From positions 64,001 through 128,000 of the forward strand of contig CAWVRN010000005.1 in assembly GCA_963932905.1 (NCBI GenBank): a stretch of DNA of 64,000 bases, read 5' to 3'. Below are positions 50,752 through 60,840 of the stretch, piece after piece. This DNA is from an uncultured Bdellovibrio sp. GTDB taxonomy: Bacteria > Bdellovibrionota > Bdellovibrionia > Bdellovibrionales > Bdellovibrionaceae. The stretch's first letter is position 1; the number at the start of each line of letters is the position of its first letter. The notes below the pieces were generated by a model, which did no database searches, had not been told where the DNA came from, and saw only the letters and a program-made list of their open reading frames with translations. Both the position numbers and the translations under genes were made by a program.

Positions 50752-52656
50752 ATGGATATATTTGCGTTTGTGCTGGAAGATGAAGAGAAGTTTCAAAGAC
50801 AAATCTTCCAAGCTCTAAGAAAAATTAATCCGAAACTTAAAATTCGTTTTTTCAACAATCTCGAAGATTTTTCAGCCTGGATTGCCCAATTTATTAAAGA
50901 AGGAGTATCCGTAGTTGAAACAGCGGGGTTTCGTTTTTCCGAAGATAATGAAATAGAATCTGTTAGTCCTGAAAAAACCATACGACTGCTCATGTGCAAA
51001 TCGGAAAATCTAGGCAGTCATTCTATTTCATTAATTGGCAAAACGGTTGATTTATTTTTACGCAAAAATTTATGTACGGCAGAAGAAAAAACCTCAGTGG
51101 TCATGACGGCATTTGATCATGAAGACTTTGATTTAAAGAAACTGGAAGCCAGCTTTGTTAACAATATTATTTTCAAACCGTTTGATTCCCTAATTTTGGA
51201 AGAACACACTCGGTATGCGTTGGTAGGACGTAAAAAACCCAATGATGAAAACTTCAAAAGTACTAAATTGGAAGCTCAAGTTGAAATGGTTAAAGACATT
51301 CCCTGCGAGGGATTTTCCGATTTGGGATTTATCACCATTAGTGATCGCGAAGTTGAGGTAGGATCTGTTTCGAAATTCTATTCAAGCGAATTTGCGTCGG
51401 ATAGTATCAAGAGCGTTATGGCCCGCTGCGTGAAATCGATTCCAAGAACAGGCAAAGACCAAACTGGATTTTTATGTTGGATGGAATATTTTGCTTTGGA
51501 TCCCGGACAAATTAAAAAATTCCGTAAAGATCTGATAAATGAGTTCCCAACTAGTATCATGGATTCTAGGATTAACGAATTTAAGAAAAATATTCTAATT
51601 TTAGATTCATTAGGTGATCAAGAATTACCGTCGTCTTTAAAACGCTATTTTCCAAAGAGTGCGACATTTCACTATAGTAATTGGGATCGGTTCGTTTTTG
51701 ATTCGTCTCCCGAAGCCTCTGGGTTGTTAGTTGAGAAGGACGTTCCTATCCCGCATGGTTATAAACTGACTTTAGATGGAACCGGTCATTATATTGTCGA
51801 TCAAGATCCTAAAAGCGAAACTGATTTGGTTTTTGGTGAAGTTTACACGGAATTAAAAAAGAAAGACTTCCAAACCTTATTAACTGCGGATGGCAAGAAA
51901 GAATGGAGCGAAGTATTTAACGCGAAACAAGTTACACCGGGACGCGAACCTTTGATAGTGATAAACAATTTGGGCAAGATATTCATCGCCCGATTGACGC
52001 AATTTAGGCGTACTCAGAATGCCGCCAATATGTCCGTGATTGAACTCATGTTTTCGGAATCTACAATGGCAGAAAAAGTGGCCTATCTAAAAAGTAAAAG
52101 CCCAATTCCACGTGACATCGATATGGTTATCGCATCTATAGATACGATGCCGAAAATTATTGAAGGCAACTTATACCCAAATGCAAAGCGCATACTAACC
52201 GTGACTGATCAGATATCTGATAAAGATAAACGATACTGGGCGCCACTAGTTTTTGATGTGTTCGAGTCGCCTGCGGACAGAAATTATTTGGTGAAACGAA
52301 TATACCTGGCGTTCATGGAGAAATTTACGTGGACAGTAAATCATTTCAACAAAGCCAAAACCGAAATTCAATCGGCACAACAGATTCAAATTGATGAAAT
52401 TTCAGAGGCAGGTTTGGTTTTTAAATATCATCGAGCATTGGAAATCGGTTCGTTTCGAAGATTTTACCTTTGGACACCAAACGAGGTAGAATTAAGGGAT
52501 TATCACGCCAACTGCAACTATCACGAGGAAGTGAAGGACGGCAAGAATACCGTCTACAATCATCACTTTGTTTTCTTTGCTATGAAAGACTTTTATTTAA
52601 AAAATATTCGGCTTTGGGTTCGAGAAAACTATATCCAAAGTAAATCTAAAGAATAA
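50752..52656 (+). CDS. Hypothetical multidomain protein with degenerate receiver-like and PilZ-like segments
   Basis: N-terminal FVLEDE..IIFKP, later GFSDLG and EISEAG motifs. Confidence 0.6.
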   Translation: MDIFAFVLEDEEKFQRQIFQALRKINPKLKIRFFNNLEDFSAWIAQFIKEGVSVVETAGFRFSEDNEIESVSPEKTIRLLMCKSENLGSHSISLIGKTVDLFLRKNLCTAEEKTSVVMTAFDHEDFDLKKLEASFVNNIIFKPFDSLILEEHTRYALVGRKKPNDENFKSTKLEAQVEMVKDIPCEGFSDLGFITISDREVEVGSVSKFYSSEFASDSIKSVMARCVKSIPRTGKDQTGFLCWMEYFALDPGQIKKFRKDLINEFPTSIMDSRINEFKKNILILDSLGDQELPSSLKRYFPKSATFHYSNWDRFVFDSSPEASGLLVEKDVPIPHGYKLTLDGTGHYIVDQDPKSETDLVFGEVYTELKKKDFQTLLTADGKKEWSEVFNAKQVTPGREPLIVINNLGKIFIARLTQFRRTQNAANMSVIELMFSESTMAEKVAYLKSKSPIPRDIDMVIASIDTMPKIIEGNLYPNAKRILTVTDQISDKDKRYWAPLVFDVFESPADRNYLVKRIYLAFMEKFTWTVNHFNKAKTEIQSAQQIQIDEISEAGLVFKYHRALEIGSFRRFYLWTPNEVELRDYHANCNYHEEVKDGKNTVYNHHFVFFAMKDFYLKNIRLWVRENYIQSKSKE

Positions 52657-52657
52657 T

Positions 52658-54991
52658 CTAGTCACCCTTTGCTAGGACCACCCAAGTGATACCATCACCG
52701 CCATTTTCGGGAGTTCCGGCCTTCCATTGTTTGATCAGGACGCTTCTAGACAAATAGGAACGAATTGATTTTTTCAGCACTTCTGTTCCATGACCATGAA
52801 TGACTTTAATTCGATCTTCTTGATTTTGGACAGCGCGATCTAAAATGTCTTCCAGTTCGCCGATTGCTTCTTCGGCAGTTTTGCCGCGTAGATCAACAGT
52901 GCGATCTTCATCAACTAATGATGGGGAGAAATGACTCGATTTACGCACTAGCTGTGCCGTAGGATTGGATTGTTTGTCCGGTGGTTTAAGTTCCGTCCAA
53001 TGCACTTGCAACCGCAGAGAGTTCGAGAAAACTAGAATTTCACCTTTAGAATTCGGTTGACCTTGGATCAAGCCATCTTGTCCTAATGAAGAAATATAAA
53101 CTTTTGAACCGGCAGGGTATTTTTTAATGAATTCTTCTGCGGTTTCAATTTTCTTAATTTCAACGGGCTGAGCTTTTACGATTTCGGGCAAATTGAACTT
53201 GATATCTTGAAGTTGACGATGTTTGTCCAGCGCTGTTTGTGCCTTGGCCGTTTGGATGGCTTCGTCCACTTTCTTTTTAGCCTGCTTAACTTCACGTTCT
53301 AAAAGTTGAGCTTTTTCATCGTTGAAAGTTTTGATCATTTTTTCGTACTTGTTTTTCTGAGTGTTTTGATCATGAATTTCTTTTTTCAGTTTTTGCTGAA
53401 GGCCTTGAATTTCGCGTTTTAATTCTTCGATATTTTCGCGCGCATCGATACGAGCTCGGGTCTCTGGAGACAGTAAATCAATTGCGCGTGTAATGATTTC
53501 CGTGGCAACCCCTTGGCGTTTGGCCATTTGAATAGCGAAGGACTGACCAGGAATCCCCGGAAGAAATTGATATGTTGGTTTTCCTGAGGTCTGATCGTAT
53601 TCCAAGCTTCCGTTCATAACTCGATCTTGTTCGTTCCAACCAATTTTTAACTGACTTAAATGGGATGTGATGACAGCGAAAACTTGGTTCCTGCTATAGG
53701 TTTCTATAAAGCTGCGCCCCAGACAAGCGCCTTCCTCTGGGTCCGTAGACCCACAGATTTCATCGATCAAGATCAACGATTCGTGAGATTTCTTTTTTGC
53801 AGACTCTTGCAAAATTCGTAAATGGGCTGCAAATGTAGATAGTTCTTGATCGACGCTTTGAGAATCACCAATGCTGATTATAATTTCTTTAAAGAATGGG
53901 ATCTTGGACTGGGATTGGGCGCAGATAGGCATTCCACAACGGGCCATCTGTGCGGCTAAACCGATCGATTTTAAAAGAACCGTTTTACCACCGGCATTGG
54001 GACCTGATAATAAAAGAATCGATTTGTTTGAATTGAGTTGAACTGAGTTTGAGATCACACCTTTCTGAGCCAATATTAATGCCGGGTGTTTAAGATCAAT
54101 TAGATCAATTTCATTGTCTGTGAATTCTGGAACTTTGGCTTCTAATGCTACGGCTAGCTGAGCCTGGGCTAAACGTAAATCCGTTTTTTCTAAAATTTGA
54201 AATGAACGCTCAAAGTCATTGATTTGGTGAAATAAATATTTTGATATTTCTTCCAATAGACGTTCGATCTCGTCTTCGATTTCGACATCAATTTGGCGAA
54301 GACGGTTGTTTAATGGAATAACTTTTTCAGGTTCGATATAGACGGTTTGTTTCGTTTGTGATGAAGCATGAATTACGCCGGGAACATAGTGCTGCATTCC
54401 TGATTTAACAGGGATCACAAGGCGTCCTTCCCGCAAGGTTACATATTTTTCTTGCAAGTAAGATTCCATTTGGAAATCTTTAACTAAACGATCCAGCTGG
54501 TGTTCTAGTTCATTTCGAAGTTTGTTTTTTTCGTTGTATAATCGAAATAGTGTTTCACTGGCATCCGTTCTGATTTCACCTGTCGGGCTCATCAATTGAT
54601 CAATGGCTGACAGAGGCTCGTCTGCCTTCATAAGTTCATGACGAACGTAATGACACCAAGGTGTCGTGTATTCCGTCAGCGCTTCCTTCAGCGCCAGAAT
54701 TTCCATACAGAACGTGCGTACATCGCGTAGTTCGATGGTTTTCAGTACCGCTTTTTTTCTTAGGCGAATAATCCAGTTTGAATAATGATCGAGCGATTCC
54801 ATGAATGGACGTACGCCACCGGCAACAACTTGAGTTGCTTCGGCAATTTCATCAAAAGAACGAATGGCTTCATCGCGTTCTTTTTTAGGAACCATATTTT
54901 TAGGAATCTGACTCTTAACAAACGAACTGGTACAAAAACCTTCAATCTTTTGTAGTAACAAATCCCAATCAAGATTTTCTAAATTTGTCAT
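52658..54991 (-). CDS. mutS2: Endonuclease MutS2 with Smr domain
   Basis: SGPNAGGKT, DQELSTFAAH, DEICGSTDP.EG, Smr VDLRG..IHGHGT..GGDG; GGAG SD favours ATG 54991. Confidence 0.93.
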   Translation of the reverse strand: MTNLENLDWDLLLQKIEGFCTSSFVKSQIPKNMVPKKERDEAIRSFDEIAEATQVVAGGVRPFMESLDHYSNWIIRLRKKAVLKTIELRDVRTFCMEILALKEALTEYTTPWCHYVRHELMKADEPLSAIDQLMSPTGEIRTDASETLFRLYNEKNKLRNELEHQLDRLVKDFQMESYLQEKYVTLREGRLVIPVKSGMQHYVPGVIHASSQTKQTVYIEPEKVIPLNNRLRQIDVEIEDEIERLLEEISKYLFHQINDFERSFQILEKTDLRLAQAQLAVALEAKVPEFTDNEIDLIDLKHPALILAQKGVISNSVQLNSNKSILLLSGPNAGGKTVLLKSIGLAAQMARCGMPICAQSQSKIPFFKEIIISIGDSQSVDQELSTFAAHLRILQESAKKKSHESLILIDEICGSTDPEEGACLGRSFIETYSRNQVFAVITSHLSQLKIGWNEQDRVMNGSLEYDQTSGKPTYQFLPGIPGQSFAIQMAKRQGVATEIITRAIDLLSPETRARIDARENIEELKREIQGLQQKLKKEIHDQNTQKNKYEKMIKTFNDEKAQLLEREVKQAKKKVDEAIQTAKAQTALDKHRQLQDIKFNLPEIVKAQPVEIKKIETAEEFIKKYPAGSKVYISSLGQDGLIQGQPNSKGEILVFSNSLRLQVHWTELKPPDKQSNPTAQLVRKSSHFSPSLVDEDRTVDLRGKTAEEAIGELEDILDRAVQNQEDRIKVIHGHGTEVLKKSIRSYLSRSVLIKQWKAGTPENGGDGITWVVLAKGD

Positions 54992-56582
54992 AGACTCCAT
55001 TTATCAACAAATGTCCCAAGAAAGCAATCAAGATGACAATCCACATAGAGTGGCCAATGCGTGTGAAGAAAGTCGTTTCAGGATTATTTCGATAGGGTAC
55101 TACTTGTCGTTTGGTCCATTCGGTTTGCCAAGGTGATCCCAGCGCAACATCTCCGTAGGCGGTCACGAAAGTCGTAATGCCAGTGTTGGTAGAGCGAATG
55201 AGCGGGCGACGTGACTCGATACTTCGAGCCAATGTCATGTAAGAGTGTTGAAACGGTTCGAATGGAATTCCAAACCAAGAATCATTGGTGACATTCACGA
55301 TAATTTCGGCCCCTTTATTGGCTAAACCCACTGAAAATTCCGGGAATAGGCCTTCATAACAGATTTGTGCACCAATATGGACGTAATCGCTCTTTGTCTG
55401 GTCTTTTGGATACATTAAAATCGTAGGGCCAGGGCCGCGTCCAAAATTGGAAACGAACGGCAGAATTTTTCCTAAAATAGGGAACTGTTCGCTAAATGGT
55501 AAATATTCTCCAAATGCAAGTAATTGGGTCTTGTGGTAAGCCCGCGTGAATTCATGTCCTCTAGAGTCCATCAAAAAGAGCGCATTAAAAACAGATCGTT
55601 CAGGATCGGTGATCGTCGTATCTTTTGAAAAAGCCCCGGTTAAGAGTGCTTTTTGATTTTTAGCTAAAAATTCTGAAATCAGTTTATGATTTTTTTGATG
55701 AGTAAACGCTGAATTTAAATACTCGGGGATCGCAACTTCCGGCCAAATAATTATGTCTACGTCGGAATTTTCAGCTAATGCTGCTTCACTCATTTGTATG
55801 TATTTTTTTGCAATTTCGTCACGAAAACCTTTGCCCTTTTCCGCAAACATTCGTTCTAAATTACCAATATTGGCTTGAATTTGAAGAATTTTAAGTTCGC
55901 TGTCTGTGCTTCGCCATTTTTGTGCATGGATATAACCAGCCACATTTAGAACGACAAACACGGCTAAAGCAATCAGTACAGGTTTAACAATCTGCTTTGT
56001 CGAAAATTTTTCAGACGAGGTACGAAATGCAAAATAGAAAATGGCTGCTTGGGCTACGTAGATCAAGAATGACAATCCATCAAAGCCGATAACGTCAGCA
56101 AATTGATACACGGGAAGTTTGGACCAGAAAATGGTGTAACCTAAGTGCCAGGGAAATATGCCCGGCCAAAGAGTTTCACATAAAAATGCAAGCGCCGCAA
56201 GGGACACAATGCTGTGGCCAAAGCTCAAGCGGAACTGTCTTCGAATCAAGAAAATAAAATAGGTCGATATGGCGATGTAGATATGGGCCAGAGCGCAGAA
56301 CAGCAGCAATACTACGATCGCTACGGGCCATGGAAATCCTCCGAACGCCTTGGCTGTGTAGGCGATCCAGTGAAAACCAATCAGCGTTAATGTGAATTGA
56401 GTCACCCAACCCGCAATAAATGCCTCGCGTGGTGTTTTCGCTTGAAAAAATACCCAGTACCACAGCGGAAGATAGCTGAAAAACAGTCCCCAGGGATAAA
56501 AAGGGATGTAACTTGTGCCGATGATCAAACCACTTAAAATACCTAGACGATATTTCTTGAAAAACCCATAAATCTTGTTCAT
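54969..56582 (-). CDS. lnt: Apolipoprotein N-acyltransferase
   Basis: FPW..LGY, QANI, IIWPE, K..L.AFGEY.P, QICYEG, NVTNDSWFG, RSTNTG. Confidence 0.95.
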   Translation of the reverse strand: MNKIYGFFKKYRLGILSGLIIGTSYIPFYPWGLFFSYLPLWYWVFFQAKTPREAFIAGWVTQFTLTLIGFHWIAYTAKAFGGFPWPVAIVVLLLFCALAHIYIAISTYFIFLIRRQFRLSFGHSIVSLAALAFLCETLWPGIFPWHLGYTIFWSKLPVYQFADVIGFDGLSFLIYVAQAAIFYFAFRTSSEKFSTKQIVKPVLIALAVFVVLNVAGYIHAQKWRSTDSELKILQIQANIGNLERMFAEKGKGFRDEIAKKYIQMSEAALAENSDVDIIIWPEVAIPEYLNSAFTHQKNHKLISEFLAKNQKALLTGAFSKDTTITDPERSVFNALFLMDSRGHEFTRAYHKTQLLAFGEYLPFSEQFPILGKILPFVSNFGRGPGPTILMYPKDQTKSDYVHIGAQICYEGLFPEFSVGLANKGAEIIVNVTNDSWFGIPFEPFQHSYMTLARSIESRRPLIRSTNTGITTFVTAYGDVALGSPWQTEWTKRQVVPYRNNPETTFFTRIGHSMWIVILIAFLGHLLINGVYDKFRKS

Positions 56583-56604
56583 GATTATTATATTGAATGG
56601 ATAT

Positions 56605-57426
56605 ATGGATAAAATAACAACTGAAAAATTAAACACTCCGGAAGATTATTTAACGATTCGCTGCCCACAGTGTTTAAAACTTTTTATGGTTCAAGAAGTA
56701 CAAATCAAGACCGTTTATCCTGAATTCACTTGCACAGGTTGTAAATGCCATTTTGCATTTGAATATCCGGTACCAAATCGTGACTCAATCATAACATTTC
56801 AAGTAGCTCCGACTCAGTTTGAATTCAAAAAGAAATGCCCTAAGTGTGAACATCTGCAAAACGAGAAAAATGAAATTTGCAGTGCGTGTGGAGTAGTTAT
56901 TGAAAACTTCCTATTGATGAAAAATGAAACCTACCCACGAGTCAGCGTTGATTTGATCAAGTTATGGAATGACGTACTTCAGGAATTTGAAAATGGATAT
57001 AATCACGAATTGTTTATAAACCAATGTCGATCAAAACAAAAATTAGATTACGCTGAATTTAAATATAAAGAGCTGGGACGACGTGCTGGCGATGAAACGA
57101 TGGTTACGCCGTGGTTAGAAAAGATCAATCCGCCAAAGTACGATGTGAATTACAAAGAAAAGGTGATTGAAGAGCAAATCAACAACGCTACTACGGTTTC
57201 AGACAAACCAATGCCTCGAATTTTAGGCTATTTGGTGTCAGCGTATTCTTATTTAGTTAAACACAATTATTTCTATCTGATTGGAACTCTGGCGGGAGTT
57301 TTATTAATTGTGATGGGTATTTCGACACCGGGAAAGCGAAATCAAATCGGCTTAGGAATCGCTTTACTACTAAGTTCAATTGGTTTCTATGTTTTTAGAA
57401 ACAATCCTCAACAAAAGAAAAAATAA
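56605..57426 (+). CDS. Zinc-ribbon (MJ0042-like) membrane protein
   Basis: CPQC..CTGC and CPKC..CSAC pairs, two C-terminal TM helices. Confidence 0.7.
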   Translation: MDKITTEKLNTPEDYLTIRCPQCLKLFMVQEVQIKTVYPEFTCTGCKCHFAFEYPVPNRDSIITFQVAPTQFEFKKKCPKCEHLQNEKNEICSACGVVIENFLLMKNETYPRVSVDLIKLWNDVLQEFENGYNHELFINQCRSKQKLDYAEFKYKELGRRAGDETMVTPWLEKINPPKYDVNYKEKVIEEQINNATTVSDKPMPRILGYLVSAYSYLVKHNYFYLIGTLAGVLLIVMGISTPGKRNQIGLGIALLLSSIGFYVFRNNPQQKKK

Positions 57427-57431
57427 TAGTA

Positions 57432-58799
57432 CTACTGGATCTGATTGTCTTTCTTGTCACCCAAACGCTTTGTTGGGGTATTGGATTTTTGTACAGCTTC
57501 CATCAAGCTTTTGCCAAATGGATTTTGTGTAAGTTCTCTGTTCCCTTTGGTCGTTGTGCTGAATTCATCATGCACAGGACCGCTGACCATCACGCCATTG
57601 GCAGACATTCCTTGATCTAAAATTGTTAGTGCTTTGAATAGATTCAAAGATCTTGATGTGCGAGTCTTTAATGCTAACGTTGGCGAAGCATCACCCGTTG
57701 ATAGAATATATTTTTTAATATCATCAAATTTGAAGTCAGGTTTGTTCGCTTTCACCAGAACTGCAGCCCCCGTTACAAACGCAGTGGCTTGAGATGTCCC
57801 CGTCATAAAACCGTAAGAATTTCCCGGCAGAGTCGAAATAATATTCTGTCCGGGTGCCGCGATATCAACTGTTTCCGTTCCGAAGTTACTTGTTGAAAGC
57901 ACGTCTTTGCTGGGGTCCATGGCGGTAACGCTAATGATATTAGTTAATTTATAGTCAGCGGGGTAGTAGTGGAATTGATCAGAGTTTGACCGTTCGTTAC
58001 CAGCGGCGGCTACGAACAAGATACCATTTTTTTCAGCTTTTTTAACGGCCTCAAATTCTTCTTGAGAATAGTCAGTTCCACCACCAGAATAATTGATAAT
58101 TTGGGCACCCATTTTGATGGCGTAATTAATACTGTTGATTGTATTTTTTAAATTGTCTGTGTTCGTTACTTTTGGATCATAATACTTGATGATCATCAAG
58201 CTGACCTCAGGAGAAATTCCGCTAATACCTTTTTGATTACCGGCTTCAGCTCCGATTATACCTGCTATATGAGTACCGTGACCGTGATTGTCTGTTAGGT
58301 CGTTTGATGAAGCGACAAAGTTCCAACCGTAAACGTCATCTACATACCCATTTTTATCGTCATCAATACCATTTTTGGCCTTGTCTTTTCCGTTTTTATC
58401 TAGACCTGTTTCACCTGGGTTTTTCCAAAGGTTTGACTTAATGTCTTCGTGGTTGATGTCAATGCCAGTATCAATAACTGCGACAACAACATTTTTGCTA
58501 CCATGAGTTACTTTCCATGCGCGGGCTGCGTCTGATTTTTTCAAACCCCAGGCTTGTTTAATGGCAGGGTCATTAAATAAGGCACTCGGCTCATTTTCAA
58601 CTTTATCTTGTTTAGAAATAACTTCCGATTTTTCAAATTCACGTAGCCCCGATTTGCCTTTTTTCTTGGCTGCATCTGTGGATCGGCTAGCTAGACTTGA
58701 GAAATCGGCTTTGTCCTCGAGATTAAAAAATAAGGCGAGCGACACCAGCGAGAACAAGAAAAATAGTCCTAAAATAATTGTGGCTTTCAATGATTGCAT
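57432..58799 (-). CDS. Secreted S8 subtilisin-like serine protease
   Basis: VIDTG, GHGTHIAG, AAGN, TGTSQAT; NGIDDDKNGYVDD insert. Confidence 0.92.
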   Translation of the reverse strand: MQSLKATIILGLFFLFSLVSLALFFNLEDKADFSSLASRSTDAAKKKGKSGLREFEKSEVISKQDKVENEPSALFNDPAIKQAWGLKKSDAARAWKVTHGSKNVVVAVIDTGIDINHEDIKSNLWKNPGETGLDKNGKDKAKNGIDDDKNGYVDDVYGWNFVASSNDLTDNHGHGTHIAGIIGAEAGNQKGISGISPEVSLMIIKYYDPKVTNTDNLKNTINSINYAIKMGAQIINYSGGGTDYSQEEFEAVKKAEKNGILFVAAAGNERSNSDQFHYYPADYKLTNIISVTAMDPSKDVLSTSNFGTETVDIAAPGQNIISTLPGNSYGFMTGTSQATAFVTGAAVLVKANKPDFKFDDIKKYILSTGDASPTLALKTRTSRSLNLFKALTILDQGMSANGVMVSGPVHDEFSTTTKGNRELTQNPFGKSLMEAVQKSNTPTKRLGDKKDNQIQ

Positions 58800-58884
58800 C
58801 TACAACTTTCCTTTTCTGCCTCTTATGATTAGTTTATCGGGAAGTTGTTGCTAAAAATAATGGGATCTTGAAAATAAATCGAAA

Positions 58885-59940
58885 GTGTATCAGTATGAGA
58901 AAACTATGATGCAATATTTTAAAATTTCGTTTCTATTCACATTTATTGGACTTGTTCTGGCAGCGTGGCTTGGTTTTTCGGCGCATGGCGTGGCAGGTCT
59001 AGTTCAAACTGTCTTTATCGCAGCCGTTTTAGCTGTACTTGAAATTTCACTCTCGTTTGACAATGCGATAGTGAATGCCGTTATTTTGAAAAAAATGACG
59101 CCATTGTGGCGTCACCGATTTCTAACCTGGGGTATTGCTATTGCAGTGTTTGGCATGCGGTTAGTTTTCCCAGTGGCCTTGGTCAGTATCGTAGCGCAAA
59201 TTAATCCGCTGGCGGCATTGAACATGGCGATTTTTGATCCTAATGCCTATGCTGAACGAATGTTATCGGCCCATCTTGAAGTGGCGGCGTTTGGCGGCAG
59301 TTTCTTGTTGTTGGTTGGATTGAAGTTTTTCTACGACGAAGAAAAAGATGAGCATTGGATTAGTTTTATTGAGAAACCTTTAGCCAAGTTGGGTCGCTTG
59401 CGTGCCATTGAGATTGCAATTTCTTTGGTGGTTCTTGCTGTCATCACGACATTTTTACCCGACGAAGAAAAAATTCGATTCTTAAAATCAGGTGTGTGGG
59501 GTGTGATAACTTACGTTGCCGTTGATGGTATTGGTGCCTGGTTAGAATTTTCGGGCGAACAGCAAAATGATATCAATCGCGCCAGTGCCGGGATGTTTTT
59601 GTACCTGGAAGTTCTTGATGCTTCATTCAGTTTTGACGGTGTTATTGGCGCATTTGCAATCACTCAGAACTTGTTTATCATCATGATTGGTCTAAGTATC
59701 GGAGCTTTCTTCGTTCGTAGTTTAACAATCATGTTTGTTGAGAAGGAAACATTAGCCAAATTTGCTTACCTAGAACACGGTGCTTTTTATGCAATTCTGT
59801 CACTCGCGATCATGATGCTACTGGATCCATTTGTTCATATTCCCGAATGGATTACGGGTTTACTTGGCGCTGCCATCATCACAGTTTCCTTTATTTGGAG
59901 TGTGAAGTTTGCTCCACTTTCAGAGTCAGATAAGTCGTAA
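58885..59940 (+). CDS. DUF475 / TerC-like integral membrane protein
   Basis: LEISLSFDNAIVNA, FLTWGI, LEVLDASFSFDGVIGAFA, YLEHGA; start may be ATG 58906/58909. Confidence 0.9.
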   Translation: MYQYEKTMMQYFKISFLFTFIGLVLAAWLGFSAHGVAGLVQTVFIAAVLAVLEISLSFDNAIVNAVILKKMTPLWRHRFLTWGIAIAVFGMRLVFPVALVSIVAQINPLAALNMAIFDPNAYAERMLSAHLEVAAFGGSFLLLVGLKFFYDEEKDEHWISFIEKPLAKLGRLRAIEIAISLVVLAVITTFLPDEEKIRFLKSGVWGVITYVAVDGIGAWLEFSGEQQNDINRASAGMFLYLEVLDASFSFDGVIGAFAITQNLFIIMIGLSIGAFFVRSLTIMFVEKETLAKFAYLEHGAFYAILSLAIMMLLDPFVHIPEWITGLLGAAIITVSFIWSVKFAPLSESDKS

Positions 59941-60787
59941 TTAAAATGATAGCGGCTCCCATCAATTGCAGCGGAGCCAATGTTTCATTCAGAAATATAT
60001 AACCAAACAAAAAAGCAAATGGCGATTCAAGTAGGAAAAACTGACTAGCTGTTTCTGAACTGATGGTTTTTTGCGCTCGCACCTGAATTGTGAAAGCAAC
60101 AATACTAGATCCAATTGCCAGCTGAAAAATACCATACCATGAGATCAAAGATCCCGAATTCCAAGCCAGTTTATCTTGAGTTAGATAAAGTGGCAAAATA
60201 CAGATCAGAGTCCAAAAGTTTTGAAAACTGTTAAATCGAAACGACGATTTCGATCGTGGAGCTAAGATACCCACAGCAATGATTTGTAAAGCAGCGATGA
60301 CTGACGAACCCAGTGTCCACCAATCACCCGTGATGATATCTGGACTTTCAGAGAAAATATTGAGCAAAAACATAGTCCCGATAAGGGCAATAAACGCGAG
60401 ACCATAAAATTTAATATCGACTTTGGCTCGAAAAAAAAACTGATTCAAAAACGGCAAGATTAGAACGTAGAGAGTTGTAATAAAGGCGCTTTTTGTTGCT
60501 GTGGTTGTTTGCAACCCGATCGTTTGCGGAATCATTAATAGTGCCAGCAAAATCCCCGGCCACAAGGCTAGGCTCCACTCGCTGAAGGATTCAAAAAATA
60601 GCTTTCGATCAAAGACAAGTAAACAAATTTCACCGATTAGAAATGCGAGCAAGTAACGATAAAAAAGAACATCGGCCACAGAGAAATCTATCAAAGCCCA
60701 TTTTGTTGCAAGAAAGCCGAATCCCCACAATGCCCCTGCGAAAAGTAGCTCAAGCGCGGCTCGATTTTTAGAAATTTGTTTGTTCAT
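59891..60787 (-). CDS. DMT/EamA family transporter
   Basis: LWG.GF, QTIGL..TT..SAFIT, LESPFA; ~10 TM. Confidence 0.88.
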   Translation of the reverse strand: MNKQISKNRAALELLFAGALWGFGFLATKWALIDFSVADVLFYRYLLAFLIGEICLLVFDRKLFFESFSEWSLALWPGILLALLMIPQTIGLQTTTATKSAFITTLYVLILPFLNQFFFRAKVDIKFYGLAFIALIGTMFLLNIFSESPDIITGDWWTLGSSVIAALQIIAVGILAPRSKSSFRFNSFQNFWTLICILPLYLTQDKLAWNSGSLISWYGIFQLAIGSSIVAFTIQVRAQKTISSETASQFFLLESPFAFLFGYIFLNETLAPLQLMGAAIILITTYLTLKVEQTSHSK

Positions 60788-60840
60788 TCGGAGGAATCTA
60801 TATCATAATGCTGAAGGATGTCCATGGAGAAAGGATTGTT

